The notes: generated by a model not told the origin, from the letters alone. A stretch of 64,000 bases of DNA from Eledone cirrhosa (GCA_964016885.1 OZ024744.1:92008001-92072000), one strand, 5' to 3'. Positions 26,444 to 39,507 are shown, counted from the stretch's first letter. Program-made: numbers and translations.

Positions 26444-29016
26444 ATAAATGCTCTGAAATAGCGATATATATGTGAGTATAGACATAGAATATTCGAAAAT
26501 ATTCTGTATGTTTATAATAAACATTTTGAAGACCTAATCGCTATAGAATAGAATACGTCACGTATTACAATTAGATTCTCGATAAAAGCAAGGGAAGTAA
26601 TCTACGCGTTTCATTCTTGTTAGAATTCATCAGGACTACATATCCAGTGCTTTTATCGAGAATGACACAGCTAGAGACTTATAGAATACTTAGCTGTGTA
26701 CTGGAACTGGTTTGAAAGAGCGGTTGCCGGTCCGGCAGAAATTAGAAATTGGAATAAATGCTCTGAAATAGCGATATATATGTGAGTATAGACATAGAAT
26801 ATTCGAAAATATTCTGTATGTTTATAATAAACATTTTGAAGACCTAATCGCTATAGAATAGAATACGTCACGTATTACAATTAGATTCTCGATAAAAGCA
26901 AGGGAAGTAATCTACGCGTTTCATTCTTGTTAGAATTCATCAGGACTACATATCCAGTGCTTTTATCGAGAATGACACAGCTAGAGACTTATAGAATACT
27001 TAGCTGTGTACTGGAACTGGTTTGAAAGAGCGGTTGCCGGTCCGGCAGAAATTAGAAATTGGAATAAATGCTCTGAAATAGCGATATATATGTGAGTATA
27101 GACATAGAATATTCGAAAATATTCTGTATGTTTATAATAAACATTTTGAAGACCTAATCGCTATAGAATAGAATACGTCACGTATTACAATTAGATTCTC
27201 GATAAAAGCAAGGGAAGTAATCTACGCGTTTCATTCTTGTTAGAATTCATCAGGACTACATATCCAGTGCTTTTATCGAGAATGACACAGCTAGAGACTT
27301 ATAGAATACTTAGCTGTGTACTGGAACTGGTTTGAAAGAGCGGTTGCCGGTCCGGCAGAAATTAGAAATTGGAATAAATGCTCTGAAATAGCGATATATA
27401 TGTGAGTATAGACATAGAATATTCGAAAATATTCTGTATGTTTATAATAAACATTTTGAAGACCTAATCGCTATAGAATAGAATACGTCACGTATTACAA
27501 TTAGATTCTCGATAAAAGCAAGGGAAGTAATCTACGCGTTTCATTCTTGTTAGAATTCATCAGGACTACATATCCAGTGCTTTTATCGAGAATGACACAG
27601 CTAGAGACTTATAGAATACTTAGCTGTGTACTGGAACTGGTTTGAAAGAGCGGTTGCCGGTCCGGCAGAAATTAGAAATTGGAATAAATGCTCTGAAATA
27701 GCGATATATATGTGAGTATAGACATAGAATATTCGAAAATATTCTGTATGTTTATAATAAACATTTTGAAGACCTAATCGCTATAGAATAGAATACGTCA
27801 CGTATTACAATTAGATTCTCGATAAAAGCAAGGGAAGTAATCTACGCGTTTCATTCTTGTTAGAATTCATCAGGACTACATATCCAGTGCTTTTATCGAG
27901 AATGACACAGCTAGAGACTTATAGAATACTTAGCTGTGTACTGGAACTGGTTTGAAAGAGCGGTTGCCGGTCCGGCAGAAATTAGAAATTGGAATAAATG
28001 CTCTGAAATAGCGATATATATGTGAGTATAGACATAGAATATTCGAAAATATTCTGTATGTTTATAATAAACATTTTGAAGACCTAATCGCTATAGAATA
28101 GAATACGTCACGTATTACAATTAGATTCTCGATAAAAGCAAGGGAAGTAATCTACGCGTTTCATTCTTGTTAGAATTCATCAGGACTACATATCCAGTGC
28201 TTTTATCGAGAATGACACAGCTAGAGACTTATAGAATACTTAGCTGTGTACTGGAACTGGTTTGAAAGAGCGGTTGCCGGTCCGGCAGAAATTAGAAATT
28301 GGAATAAATGCTCTGAAATAGCGATATATATGTGAGTATAGACATAGAATATTCGAAAATATTCTGTATGTTTATAATAAACATTTTGAAGACCTAATCG
28401 CTATAGAATAGAATACGTCACGTATTACAATTAGATTCTCGATAAAAGCAAGGGAAGTAATCTACGCGTTTCATTCTTGTTAGAATTCATCAGGACTACA
28501 TATCCAGTGCTTTTATCGAGAATGACACAGCTAGAGACTTATAGAATACTTAGCTGTGTACTGGAACTGGTTTGAAAGAGCGGTTGCCGGTCCGGCAGAA
28601 ATTAGAAATTGGAATAAATGCTCTGAAATAGCGATATATATGTGAGTATAGACATAGAATATTCGAAAATATTCTGTATGTTTATAATAAACATTTTGAA
28701 GACCTAATCGCTATAGAATAGAATACGTCACGTATTACAATTAGATTCTCGATAAAAGCAAGGGAAGTAATCTACGCGTTTCATTCTTGTTAGAATTCAT
28801 CAGGACTACATATCCAGTGCTTTTATCGAGAATGACACAGCTAAAGACTTATAGAATACTTAGCTGTGTACTGGAACTGGTTTGAAAGAGCGGTTGCCGG
28901 TCCGGCAGAAATTAGAAATTGGAATAAATGCTCTGAAATAGCGATATATATGTGAGTATAGACATAGAATATTCGAAAATATTCTGTATGTTTATAATAA
29001 ACATTTTGAAGACCTA
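26439..29016 (-). repeat. Tandem array, left arm: 8 full plus one partial 310-bp hammerhead-containing units (ribozyme sense on minus strand)
   Basis: GGAATAAATG recurs at 26441+310k (k=0-8); units identical except G>A at 28844; hammerheads at 26597-26639 +310k (k=0-7). Confidence 0.95.
26597..26639 (-). ncRNA. Type I minimal hammerhead ribozyme (first of 8 minus-strand copies)
   Basis: Reverse complement GTAGTC-CTGATGA-ATTCT AACA AGAAT-GAA-ACGCGT-A-GATTAC. Confidence 0.88.
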
Positions 29017-29056
29017 TTCTATGTCTATACATATTCTATGTCTATACATATAGACA

Positions 29057-32000
29057 TATTCTATGTCTATACTCACATATATATCGCTATTTCAGAGCAT
29101 TTATTCCAATTTCTAATTTCTGCCGGACCGGCAACCGCTCTTTCAAACCAGTTCCAGTACACAGCTAAGTATTCTATAAGTCTCTAGCTGTGTCATTCTC
29201 GATAAAAGCACTGGATATGTAGTCCTGATGAATTCTAACAAGAATGAAACGCGTAGATTACTTCCCTTGCTTTTATCGAGAATCTAATTGTAATACGTGA
29301 CGTATTCTATTCTATAGCGATTAGGTCTTCAAAATGTTTATTATAAACATACAGAATATTTTCGAATATTCTATGTCTATACTCACATATATATCGCTAT
29401 TTCAGAGCATTTATTCCAATTTCTAATTTCTGCCGGACCGGCAACCGCTCTTTCAAACCAGTTCCAGTACACAGCTAAGTATTCTATAAGTCTCTAGCTG
29501 TGTCATTCTCGATAAAAGCACTGGATATGTAGTCCTGATGAATTCTAACAAGAATGAAACGCGTAGATTACTTCCCTTGCTTTTATCGAGAATCTAATTG
29601 TAATACGTGACGTATTCTATTCTATAGCGATTAGGTCTTCAAAATGTTTATTATAAACATACAGAATATTTTCGAATATTCTATGTCTATACTCACATAT
29701 ATATCGCTATTTCAGAGCATTTATTCCAATTTCTAATTTCTGCCGGACCGGCAACCGCTCTTTCAAACCAGTTCCAGTACACAGCTAAGTATTCTATAAG
29801 TCTCTAGCTGTGTCATTCTCGATAAAAGCACTGGATATGTAGTCCTGATGAATTCTAACAAGAATGAAACGCGTAGATTACTTCCCTTGCTTTTATCGAG
29901 AATCTAATTGTAATACGTGACGTATTCTATTCTATAGCGATTAGGTCTTCAAAATGTTTATTATAAACATACAGAATATTTTCGAATATTCTATGTCTAT
30001 ACTCACATATATATCGCTATTTCAGAGCATTTATTCCAATTTCTAATTTCTGCCGGACCGGCAACCGCTCTTTCAAACCAGTTCCAGTACACAGCTAAGT
30101 ATTCTATAAGTCTCTAGCTGTGTCATTCTCGATAAAAGCACTGGATATGTAGTCCTGATGAATTCTAACAAGAATGAAACGCGTAGATTACTTCCCTTGC
30201 TTTTATCGAGAATCTAATTGTAATACGTGACGTATTCTATTCTATAGCGATTAGGTCTTCAAAATGTTTATTATAAACATACAGAATATTTTCGAATATT
30301 CTATGTCTATACTCACATATATATCGCTATTTCAGAGCATTTATTCCAATTTCTAATTTCTGCCGGACCGGCAACCGCTCTTTCAAACCAGTTCCAGTAC
30401 ACAGCTAAGTATTCTATAAGTCTCTAGCTGTGTCATTCTCGATAAAAGCACTGGATATGTAGTCCTGATGAATTCTAACAAGAATGAAACGCGTAGATTA
30501 CTTCCCTTGCTTTTATCGAGAATCTAATTGTAATACGTGACGTATTCTATTCTATAGCGATTAGGTCTTCAAAATGTTTATTATAAACATACAGAATATT
30601 TTCGAATATTCTATGTCTATACTCACATATATATCGCTATTTCAGAGCATTTATTCCAATTTCTAATTTCTGCCGGACCGGCAACCGCTCTTTCAAACCA
30701 GTTCCAGTACACAGCTAAGTATTCTATAAGTCTCTAGCTGTGTCATTCTCGATAAAAGCACTGGATATGTAGTCCTGATGAATTCTAACAAGAATGAAAC
30801 GCGTAGATTACTTCCCTTGCTTTTATCGAGAATCTAATTGTAATACGTGACGTATTCTATTCTATAGCGATTAGGTCTTCAAAATGTTTATTATAAACAT
30901 ACAGAATATTTTCGAATATTCTATGTCTATACTCACATATATATCGCTATTTCAGAGCATTTATTCCAATTTCTAATTTCTGCCGGACCGGCAACCGCTC
31001 TTTCAAACCAGTTCCAGTACACAGCTAAGTATTCTATAAGTCTCTAGCTGTGTCATTCTCGATAAAAGCACTGGATATGTAGTCCTGATGAATTCTAACA
31101 AGAATGAAACGCGTAGATTACTTCCCTTGCTTTTATCGAGAATCTAATTGTAATACGTGACGTATTCTATTCTATAGCGATTAGGTCTTCAAAATGTTTA
31201 TTATAAACATACAGAATATTTTCGAATATTCTATGTCTATACTCACATATATATCGCTATTTCAGAGCATTTATTCCAATTTCTAATTTCTGCCGGACCG
31301 GCAACCGCTCTTTCAAACCAGTTCCAGTACACAGCTAAGTATTCTATAAGTCTCTAGCTGTGTCATTCTCGATAAAAGCACTGGATATGTAGTCCTGATG
31401 AATTCTAACAAGAATGAAACGCGTAGATTACTTCCCTTGCTTTTATCGAGAATCTAATTGTAATACGTGACGTATTCTATTCTATAGCGATTAGGTCTTC
31501 AAAATGTTTATTATAAACATACAGAATATTTTCGAATATTCTATGTCTATACTCACATATATATCGCTATTTCAGAGCATTTATTCCAATTTCTAATTTC
31601 TGCCGGACCGGCAACCGCTCTTTCAAACCAGTTCCAGTACACAGCTAAGTATTCTATAAGTCTCTAGCTGTGTCATTCTCGATAAAAGCACTGGATATGT
31701 AGTCCTGATGAATTCTAACAAGAATGAAACGCGTAGATTACTTCCCTTGCTTTTATCGAGAATCTAATTGTAATACGTGACGTATTCTATTCTATAGCGA
31801 TTAGGTCTTCAAAATGTTTATTATAAACATACAGAATATTTTCGAATATTCTATGTCTATACTCACATATATATCGCTATTTCAGAGCATTTATTCCAAT
31901 TTCTAATTTCTGCCGGACCGGCAACCGCTCTTTCAAACCAGTTCCAGTACACAGCTAAGTATTCTATAAGTCTCTAGCTGTGTCATTCTCGATAAAAGCA

Positions 32001-32804
32001 CTGGATATGTAGTCCTGATGAATTCTAACAAGAATGAAACGCGTAGATTACTTCCCTTGCTTTTATCGAGAATCTAATTGTAATACGTGACGTATTCTAT
32101 TCTATAGCGATTAGGTCTTCAAAATGTTTATTATAAACATACAGAATATTTTCGAATATTCTATGTCTATACTCACATATATATCGCTATTTCAGAGCAT
32201 TTATTCCAATTTCTAATTTCTGCCGGACCGGCAACCGCTCTTTCAAACCAGTTCCAGTACACAGCTAAGTATTCTATAAGTCTCTAGCTGTGTCATTCTC
32301 GATAAAAGCACTGGATATGTAGTCCTGATGAATTCTAACAAGAATGAAACGCGTAGATTACTTCCCTTGCTTTTATCGAGAATCTAATTGTAATACGTGA
32401 CGTATTCTATTCTATAGCGATTAGGTCTTCAAAATGTTTATTATAAACATACAGAATATTTTCGAATATTCTATGTCTATACTCACATATATATCGCTAT
32501 TTCAGAGCATTTATTCCAATTTCTAATTTCTGCCGGACCGGCAACCGCTCTTTCAAACCAGTTCCAGTACACAGCTAAGTATTCTATAAGTCTCTAGCTG
32601 TGTCATTCTCGATAAAAGCACTGGATATGTAGTCCTGATGAATTCTAACAAGAATGAAACGCGTAGATTACTTCCCTTGCTTTTATCGAGAATCTAATTG
32701 TAATACGTGACGTATTCTATTCTATAGCGATTAGGTCTTCAAAATGTTTATTATAAACATACAGAATATTTTCGAATATTCTATGTCTATACTCACATAT
32801 ATAT
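29057..32804 (+). repeat. Tandem array, right arm: 12 full 310-bp hammerhead-containing units (ribozyme sense on plus strand)
   Basis: Exact reverse complement of the left-arm unit; TTATTCCAAT at 29101+310k (k=0-11); ends in (TA)n. Confidence 0.95.
29219..29261 (+). ncRNA. Type I minimal hammerhead ribozyme (first of 12 plus-strand copies; last at 32629-32671)
   Basis: Stem I GTAGTC/GATTAC, CUGAUGA box, stem II ATTCT/AGAAT, GAAA, palindromic stem III ACGCGT; predicted GUA cleavage between 29255 and 29256. Confidence 0.9.
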
Positions 32805-33012
32805 ATATATATATATATACATATATATATACATATATGTACACATAAACACATACAGACACATACACACATATACATACATATACACATACATATATAT
32901 CTATATATATATATATACACATACATATATATACATATATATATATACATACATATACATACACATACACATACAAGTACATACATACACACATACATAT
33001 ATACACATACAC

Positions 33013-33063
<51 letters not shown>

Positions 33064-33226
33064 TATACACATACACACACATACATACACACATACATAT
33101 ATACATATATACACATATATATGTGTACACACGAGCACATAAAGACACATATATACATACATATATATATATATATACATATATATACGTACATACATAT
33201 ACATACATATACACCACATACATATA

Positions 33227-33512
33227 CACCACAGACATATTAAATCCCTATATATGGAACAACACACCACATACACATCAGTTTGACAAGCGCACCTCAG
33301 CGTGAAAGGTCTTTCTAAAAACGAAACAATACCTTCTACGTTAACCAAGAACTCCTAAGACCTAACCAACAACCAACAACTTAATTTATAAAATAATTTT
33401 TTTTAAGAAAAATTTTTTTTCTAATCCGGAAAAAAAAAATTCATTTTGGATTCTGTGAAGAAAATAAATTTGTTGAAAGCACAAGTGAAGCCATTTTTCT
33501 CCCCCCCCCTGT
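33227..33512. repeat. Right arm of inverted repeat (partner 25199-25480)
   Basis: See the left arm entry. Confidence 0.9.
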
Positions 33513-33550
33513 CTTAATATACCTAACTGTACCAAGGATTACACACATTT

Positions 33551-33600
<50 letters not shown>

Positions 33601-33623
33601 AATAAACAACATAAGATGATTAT

Positions 33624-33681
33624 TTCATTTACCAGTAGTTTCTTGAAAGCAAATAAATCTGCTTTCAGTCGTCAGAATGAA
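33624..33681 (-). ncRNA. Hammerhead motif in a fold-back PLE-tail insertion (33598-33805)
   Basis: Minus strand TTCATT-CTGACGA-CTGAAAGCA..TGCTTTCAA-GAA-ACTACTGGT-A-AATGAA. Confidence 0.7.
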
Positions 33682-34010
33682 AACATCTTGGTGTTTTTAT
33701 TGGTAAATGAAATAATCATCTTATGTTGTTTATTACATAAATAAGCTCTGTAACCTACATAGAGCACTCTTTTTTCCTGTACCTTTCCGACGGAATTACT
33801 TCATTTATATATATATATGTATATATATATAAACCATATATATATATCAGATTGGAGGTGGTAAAAAACAGTGATACAATTTCTCACCAGAGTACTCGAT
33901 TCTTGGGGTAGTAGAGTGGGTGTAATAGGAAAAAAATTCAGGACCCCGATAGTTGAGCTCCGGCCGTTTCAACAGCTAGATCCAAAGACACACACACACA
34001 CATATATATA

Positions 34011-34373
34011 TATGAGGGTCGGCTGAAATATCTGTAGGCTGAAAAGTTCATAAGCTGACCAAGATACTCTCATGGAATGACCAAAATAGGTTTATTTTTC
34101 AACTTAGTCCCTGGAAAGAAACAATGCAGTTAATAATAAGAAGAGTTTGAAATTAATGCATTACAAGATTTCACAGCTTTAGCATCACTCCTTCATAGGC
34201 TGACCAAGATACTCTCATGGAATGACCAAATGTGGTTTATTTTTCAACATAGTCCCTAGAAAGAAACATTGCAGTTATTAATAAGAAGTGTTGAAATTAA
34301 CACATGCAAGATTTCACAGCTCTAGCATCATTCCTTCATAGCTAGCCTATGAACGTTTCAACCCACCTTCGTA
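34011..34373. mobile_element. Mariner-type MITE with internal tandem duplication of about 145 bp
   Basis: Ends TATGAGGGTCGGCTGAAA.. and ..AGCCTATGAACGTTTCAACCCACCTTCGTA with TA termini; 34051-34195 resembles 34196-34342. Confidence 0.65.
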
Positions 34374-34640
34374 CGTAAATATCAACTGAGAGATAATTTT
34401 GTGAAACCATAGGAAGGAGTTTATTAATTAGATAACTATCGCCTGCAAACATCCCCACCACCACCACCACCGCGTAAATTTAATATGAATACTATCTCCG
34501 ACAGTAATGCCACAACTACAGTCATGTTGAATAACTGGTTATTCTTCTAACTATATCTTCTGAAGGCACCTTTTATTCGAATTCATAGAGATATCCGACT
34601 CAATACATAATTCATTTTACAAGGATTTGCTACAAACAGT

Positions 34641-37600
34641 ATGGCTGAACACAACACCAACAACAAAATTAAGGAAGTATCGAAGACAAACAACAAGAAA
34701 GGAAAAAAACTTTATTCAGTTGTAGCTAAAGAAGAAACCGAAATTATAAATCGCATTTCTCTTGGAGTTGCGAACTTAATGATGATTTATTTAATTGTTA
34801 TAAAATCGCAAAAAAACAATCCCTCCATTGGCTATATGAACAGAATGAAGGTACACTGGGACGAAATACACCCAGAGGTAAATTATTTCACAGCGAAACA
34901 ATTACATCAACAAGCGACATTTGTTGAACGTAAAAATAAGATAAATAGTATTAATTGTAAGTCTTCCAGAACAAACATTGGATCAACAACACGTGCTACA
35001 GGTCGCCATGCTACTAGAATTCCTAGCAGCCAGGTCGAACAGCGCCTTGAAACAACAATGCCTGTAAGAAACTTGACACCACGTGTACCATCCTAGTCTA
35101 CCTCGACTGTTGTGGAAAATACTATCGATAATGATAATAATCAAAAGTATAAACAATTGAAAATTTCCCCCAACGAAATCTTCCAGAGAGAAATTAATTC
35201 ATGTATAAATATCTCTCTTGCTGAACGTATTAAAACGACAATATTTAATTTAAAAAAAAATAAAAAAATGAAATATTACGTGTTATTGACGAAATAGGGG
35301 TGAATATTTACGACGGATAAAACCCCCAACATTTTGGCAAATCAACGCCTGTTTATATGCCTTAGCAACGACAGTGAAGCATTATCTTGGTGATAGCAGG
35401 GATATTAATAAGAACAAAACACCACCAAAAATACCATCATATATAAATAAAATAGAAAAAAAGATTGCTGACCTACGAAAAACCATAGGATATGTGGCAA
35501 TGCTCCTTACATGAAAAACAAACACAAAAAAACCTCACTCCTCACCAACAAAGAGTGAAAAATAAAATAAAGACGATGTTTGGTAACAGTAGAACCAGAA
35601 CTCTCCAATATAAGCTGATCACCCTCAAACAAGAATTGAGAGCTGTCAGCGAAAAACGCCGATACATGAAGAAGGTAGATGAGAGAAAAGTGCTTAATAA
35701 AAGATTCAGACGAAACCAAACATCAGTCTATAGAGATATGAAGAACAAAATAATAAGCGTCACTGAGGCCCCGTCCCAGAAAGACATAGATTCCTTTTGG
35801 AGCAAAATACGGGGTGAAAAGAAGAATTTCAACCAAGATGCAGTGTGTCTAAGAGAAATCCGAAAGAACTATTCCTCCTACACTACAACAAAAACATACG
35901 AAATAAGTGAGGGTACCCTTGAGACTGTGATAGGAAAACTCCAAGATAAGAAAACACCAGGAAGAGACTTGATTGTCGGCTAGTGGTACAAAAAACTGAT
36001 ATTCTATCGGAGGTATCTTACTGACCTCTACCAATAGGTTCTTAAGGAAGATACACTTATACCAGAATGGTTGACAGCACAACATTACTGGTCCCCAAGA
36101 ACAAAAACTACCGACCCATTGCATGATGTATAAGATGTATACAGCCTGCCTGAACCTATTCCTCCAAGATCACTGTGAAAATAATAACATCATCACAGAC
36201 GAACAAGCAGCTGGAAAGAAAGGGGTTTGGGGATGTGCTGAACAACTCCTAATCAACAAAACTGCGATGTCGGAGGTGCGACAACTTAGGAGGAATATGG
36301 CTACAGTCTGGCTGGACTACAGGAAAGCTTTCGATTCTGTTCCCCACTCTTGGATGATAGAGGCCCTCCAACTTGCTAAAGTCCCACACATTATTGTCAG
36401 AGCCATAGAAGCTGTCTTCTTCTTGGGCTACTATCCTAAGGTTAAAGACAGAGAGGAAGGACTCTATTTTCACTGATAAAATAAAATATCGCAGGGGTAT
36501 ATTTCAGGAAGACAGTCTCTCTGTGATATTATTCATCTTGTCATTAAACCCCTTGTCCTTTCTGCTCAACAAACGTGAGGGATACATCATTGGCTCACAG
36601 GAGGACAGAAATGCCTAACCCATAATTTCTTTGTGGACGAGCTGAAACTCTATGCCAAGATGGGATGAAGAAACATCTTGACCTGGTTACAACGTTCTCA
36701 AAGGATATAGGAATGGAGTTTGGCCAAGATAAATGCTCATACATGACTGTAAAGCGGGGAAAACAACAACCCAATCTTGCAACATTGTCATCAAGAGCCT
36801 AACTGTTTCACCGATATCTGTTGAGGACTGCTACAGATACCTAGGGATAGATGAGAACATCCAATAATGGTATCTGAAATAAGGAACGCGTAACCATGGA
36901 ATACTACACCCGATTAAGAAAGATCTGGTCATCGGAACTCTCTGCGCAAAACAAAACAGTGGCTCACAATGTGTTTGCTGTGCCTGTCCTAACACCAATG
37001 TTTGGAATACTCAATTGGACGATAGCCGAAATCCGAGCAGTTGATGTTGGTACTCGAAAAATACTAAACAACACCGGAAACTTCCACATCAACAGTGGCA
37101 TAGACCACCTTTACTTGAAACGTTAGCAGGGAGGCAGAGGCCTAACATCAGTCCAGACAGCATTTGAATGTCGCATCATATCCCTCCGACAACATCTACG
37201 AACCTCGAAGCGTAGGAGCCCGTCTCTCGAGCAAGTCTATCTGCATGAAACAGATAAGATCATGAGAGTTGGGAAGGAACTCCTCGAGAGATATTCCCTG
37301 TGTGATAATCAAAAACTCACACCCAGGGAAGTCACTCAGCAGTATCGCAGTGAATCCATGGATGAAAATCTGCATGCTTATCAGCAAAAAATCATGCATG
37401 GATATGTTGCCAGGAAGCTCTAGAGTGAGAGTAATATAGATAAGGAAAGTAGTCTATCTTGGACCAACAACCGCTACATTGGCTCCCACTTTGAAGGATA
37501 CGCCATTAGGAACACCTTCTTCCAGCACAAATACATATATAAATATATGTATACATGTATGTATTTATATATGTATGTATGTTATTCTGGTTTTATAATT

Positions 37601-38790
37601 TCACACATTTTTTCCCAATAGAGAGAGTCGGTTTCTAGAACAGAAGTCTGGTAAGGCCTCTCTATACGTATTTAGATCGGCTTTGCCATTCCTCTGTAAT
37701 CACTCATTTCCATGTCAGGTTATCAATACCAACATGCGTATGGAAGTCTCTCATTAATACGAGACTAATCCCAAAAGTAAGGTCTCCAAAGCGATGGGGA
37801 CGCAGAGGAACTGTTCGTGCGGCTGTTGGCGACACTGTTGTTATTGGTGCTTCCTTCACTCCCAAACAAGCATGCGCGCGCTTCGCTGGGATGCTCAATC
37901 TTGGCTTGGCAGCCATTGAGAATGGAGGTCCTGTTGAACGCTACCGCCAAGTGCGAATTTCGCGCAGTTATTATATACGAGGGCAATCCCAAAGTAAGGT
38001 CACCTTCCGAGGAAAACATGCCTAAAGATCGGCGGATCACTCTCGATGCTCTCTGCATTTTGGTTCCTGAGGTTTCGCGAAGCACCATCCACAGGATTTT
38101 AACGGAAAAGTTGCAATATCGAAAGGAGACCTTACTTTTGGGATTGCCCTCGTATATACGACTCAATCTTAACTACATCTAACGCTGTAGTGACTTTATC
38201 TTTATTCGGGTTCTTTTTTGGGGGGTATAAACGTGCACCACCCGCAGAGACCTTTCTTTCGGTCTAAACTTCAAGAGGTAATTCCACCCTATGAGCTTCA
38301 GTTCATAACACATTTTGACAGCCAGGGACTTACGAATATCCCCATTCCTGCAGAGCTACGAAACTTTATTGAAGGAGCCCTAATTATATCTAACCAATAG
38401 CATCAGACTTCTTTCGCAGGTTCCTGATCCTTACCTGTAAGTTTTGTAATGTTTCTGGGATCTTTTCGGTTTGACTGCCAGCATTAAAGTTTATCGAAAT
38501 TGTTTAACATCATACCTTGAAGGATATCGTTATGTAATGCAAGAACAAGAAATCCCTACCAAACATCTACTACACAAAAGAGGAGGGCCATCAGTCGACA
38601 ATAAATGTAGGCGTTGTGAAACAAAGATCGAAGATGTTAGCCACATTGTTGCTAACTGTGAAAGAATGTCGTCTCGCTACTACCTCCCCATGAGACACGA
38701 TGTGATAACTAGAACCATCTGGAGCGCACTTAGGAAAACAAGATAAAAAAACAAATGAGGAACAATATGTTAAGATAGATGGCACATATT
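34641..38790 (+). mobile_element. R4/Dong-like (RLE-type) non-LTR retrotransposon, decayed, interrupted at 37501-38516
   Basis: KTPGRD, GCAEQLLIN, WLDYRKAFDSVPH, GIFQEDSLS, FVDELKLY, GGRGL; CCHC finger CRRC..EDVSHIVANC followed by RHD. Confidence 0.8.
37758..38155 (+). mobile_element. Internally deleted mariner transposon with an extra internal left TIR
   Basis: TIR-like TACGAG..AATCCCAAA(A)GTAAGGTC at 37758 and 37976, inverse copy at about 38128-38154; peptide MEV..EFRAVI and DRRITLD..VSRSTIHRIL (mariner helix-turn-helix region). Confidence 0.75.
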
Positions 38791-39321
38791 TTTGTCACAT
38801 ATTAATGTAGTTTTCCAAGCTGAATTGCTGGAGTTATTTCATTTTTTTCTAGAAAAACGTTTTTAAAAAAAATGTTTTTTAAAAGAAGTTATATTTTAAC
38901 TTTGATCGTTCTCACCCAGTCAGGAAACAGGATTTGGAAGCAATATGCATTTAATGCAAATCAATTCAAACAGAAATTGCCGCTGGCAGTCAAAACGATA
39001 AAATCCCGTTTCTGTTATCAATTGTCAAGACCCTCTCTGGGATCTCGAGATACGTAACCGTTTTGCTTCCAAACCATGCCTTCCAGGACAGGTTGCAAGC
39101 CCATCGCCAGTTCTTGCAGCGTTTAATGGAATCTGCAATGTATTTTTCAAACAAACCCTCTACCTAAAGCCTAAACCCGGCTCTTGATACTCCCGTGTGA
39201 AGGACGATAAGTTTCCGGCCATATTGCAGTATTGTTGGTGGTCTTATTCGCGCCAGTCAACAGTTTGGTTCTTTTTTTTTTTTAGATCTTCGAAGACTAG
39301 GCTTCATTATATATATCTATT

Positions 39322-39460
39322 CAGGGTGGTGGATTGGCAGAATCGGTAGAGAGTCGGACACCATGCTTTGCAACATAGAGTTATGGCCCTTTACGTTCTG
39401 GGGTCGATTTAATCAACATCCTTGAAAATTGCTGGCCTTGTGCCTATATAAGAGACCAGT
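39322..39460 (+). mobile_element. tRNA-derived SINE, internally deleted
   Basis: Head GGTGGATTGGCAGAATCGG and tail TTGCTGGCCTTGTGCCTA match 62439-62623. Confidence 0.7.
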
Positions 39461-39507
39461 ATATATATCTATTCAATATATCTATTCACTTATCTATCTA
39501 TCACCCC

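Noticed and set aside
26439-32804. CRISPR-like array or tandem RNA gene cluster (5S, tRNA, snRNA, spliced leader)
   Set aside because: Units are identical with no variable spacers, there are no cas genes, and I found no recognisable 5S, tRNA or snRNA sequence or Pol III boxes.
38800-39300. Possible host exon or transposase fragment (also 63715-64000)
   Set aside because: No recognisable protein motif or convincing splice structure.
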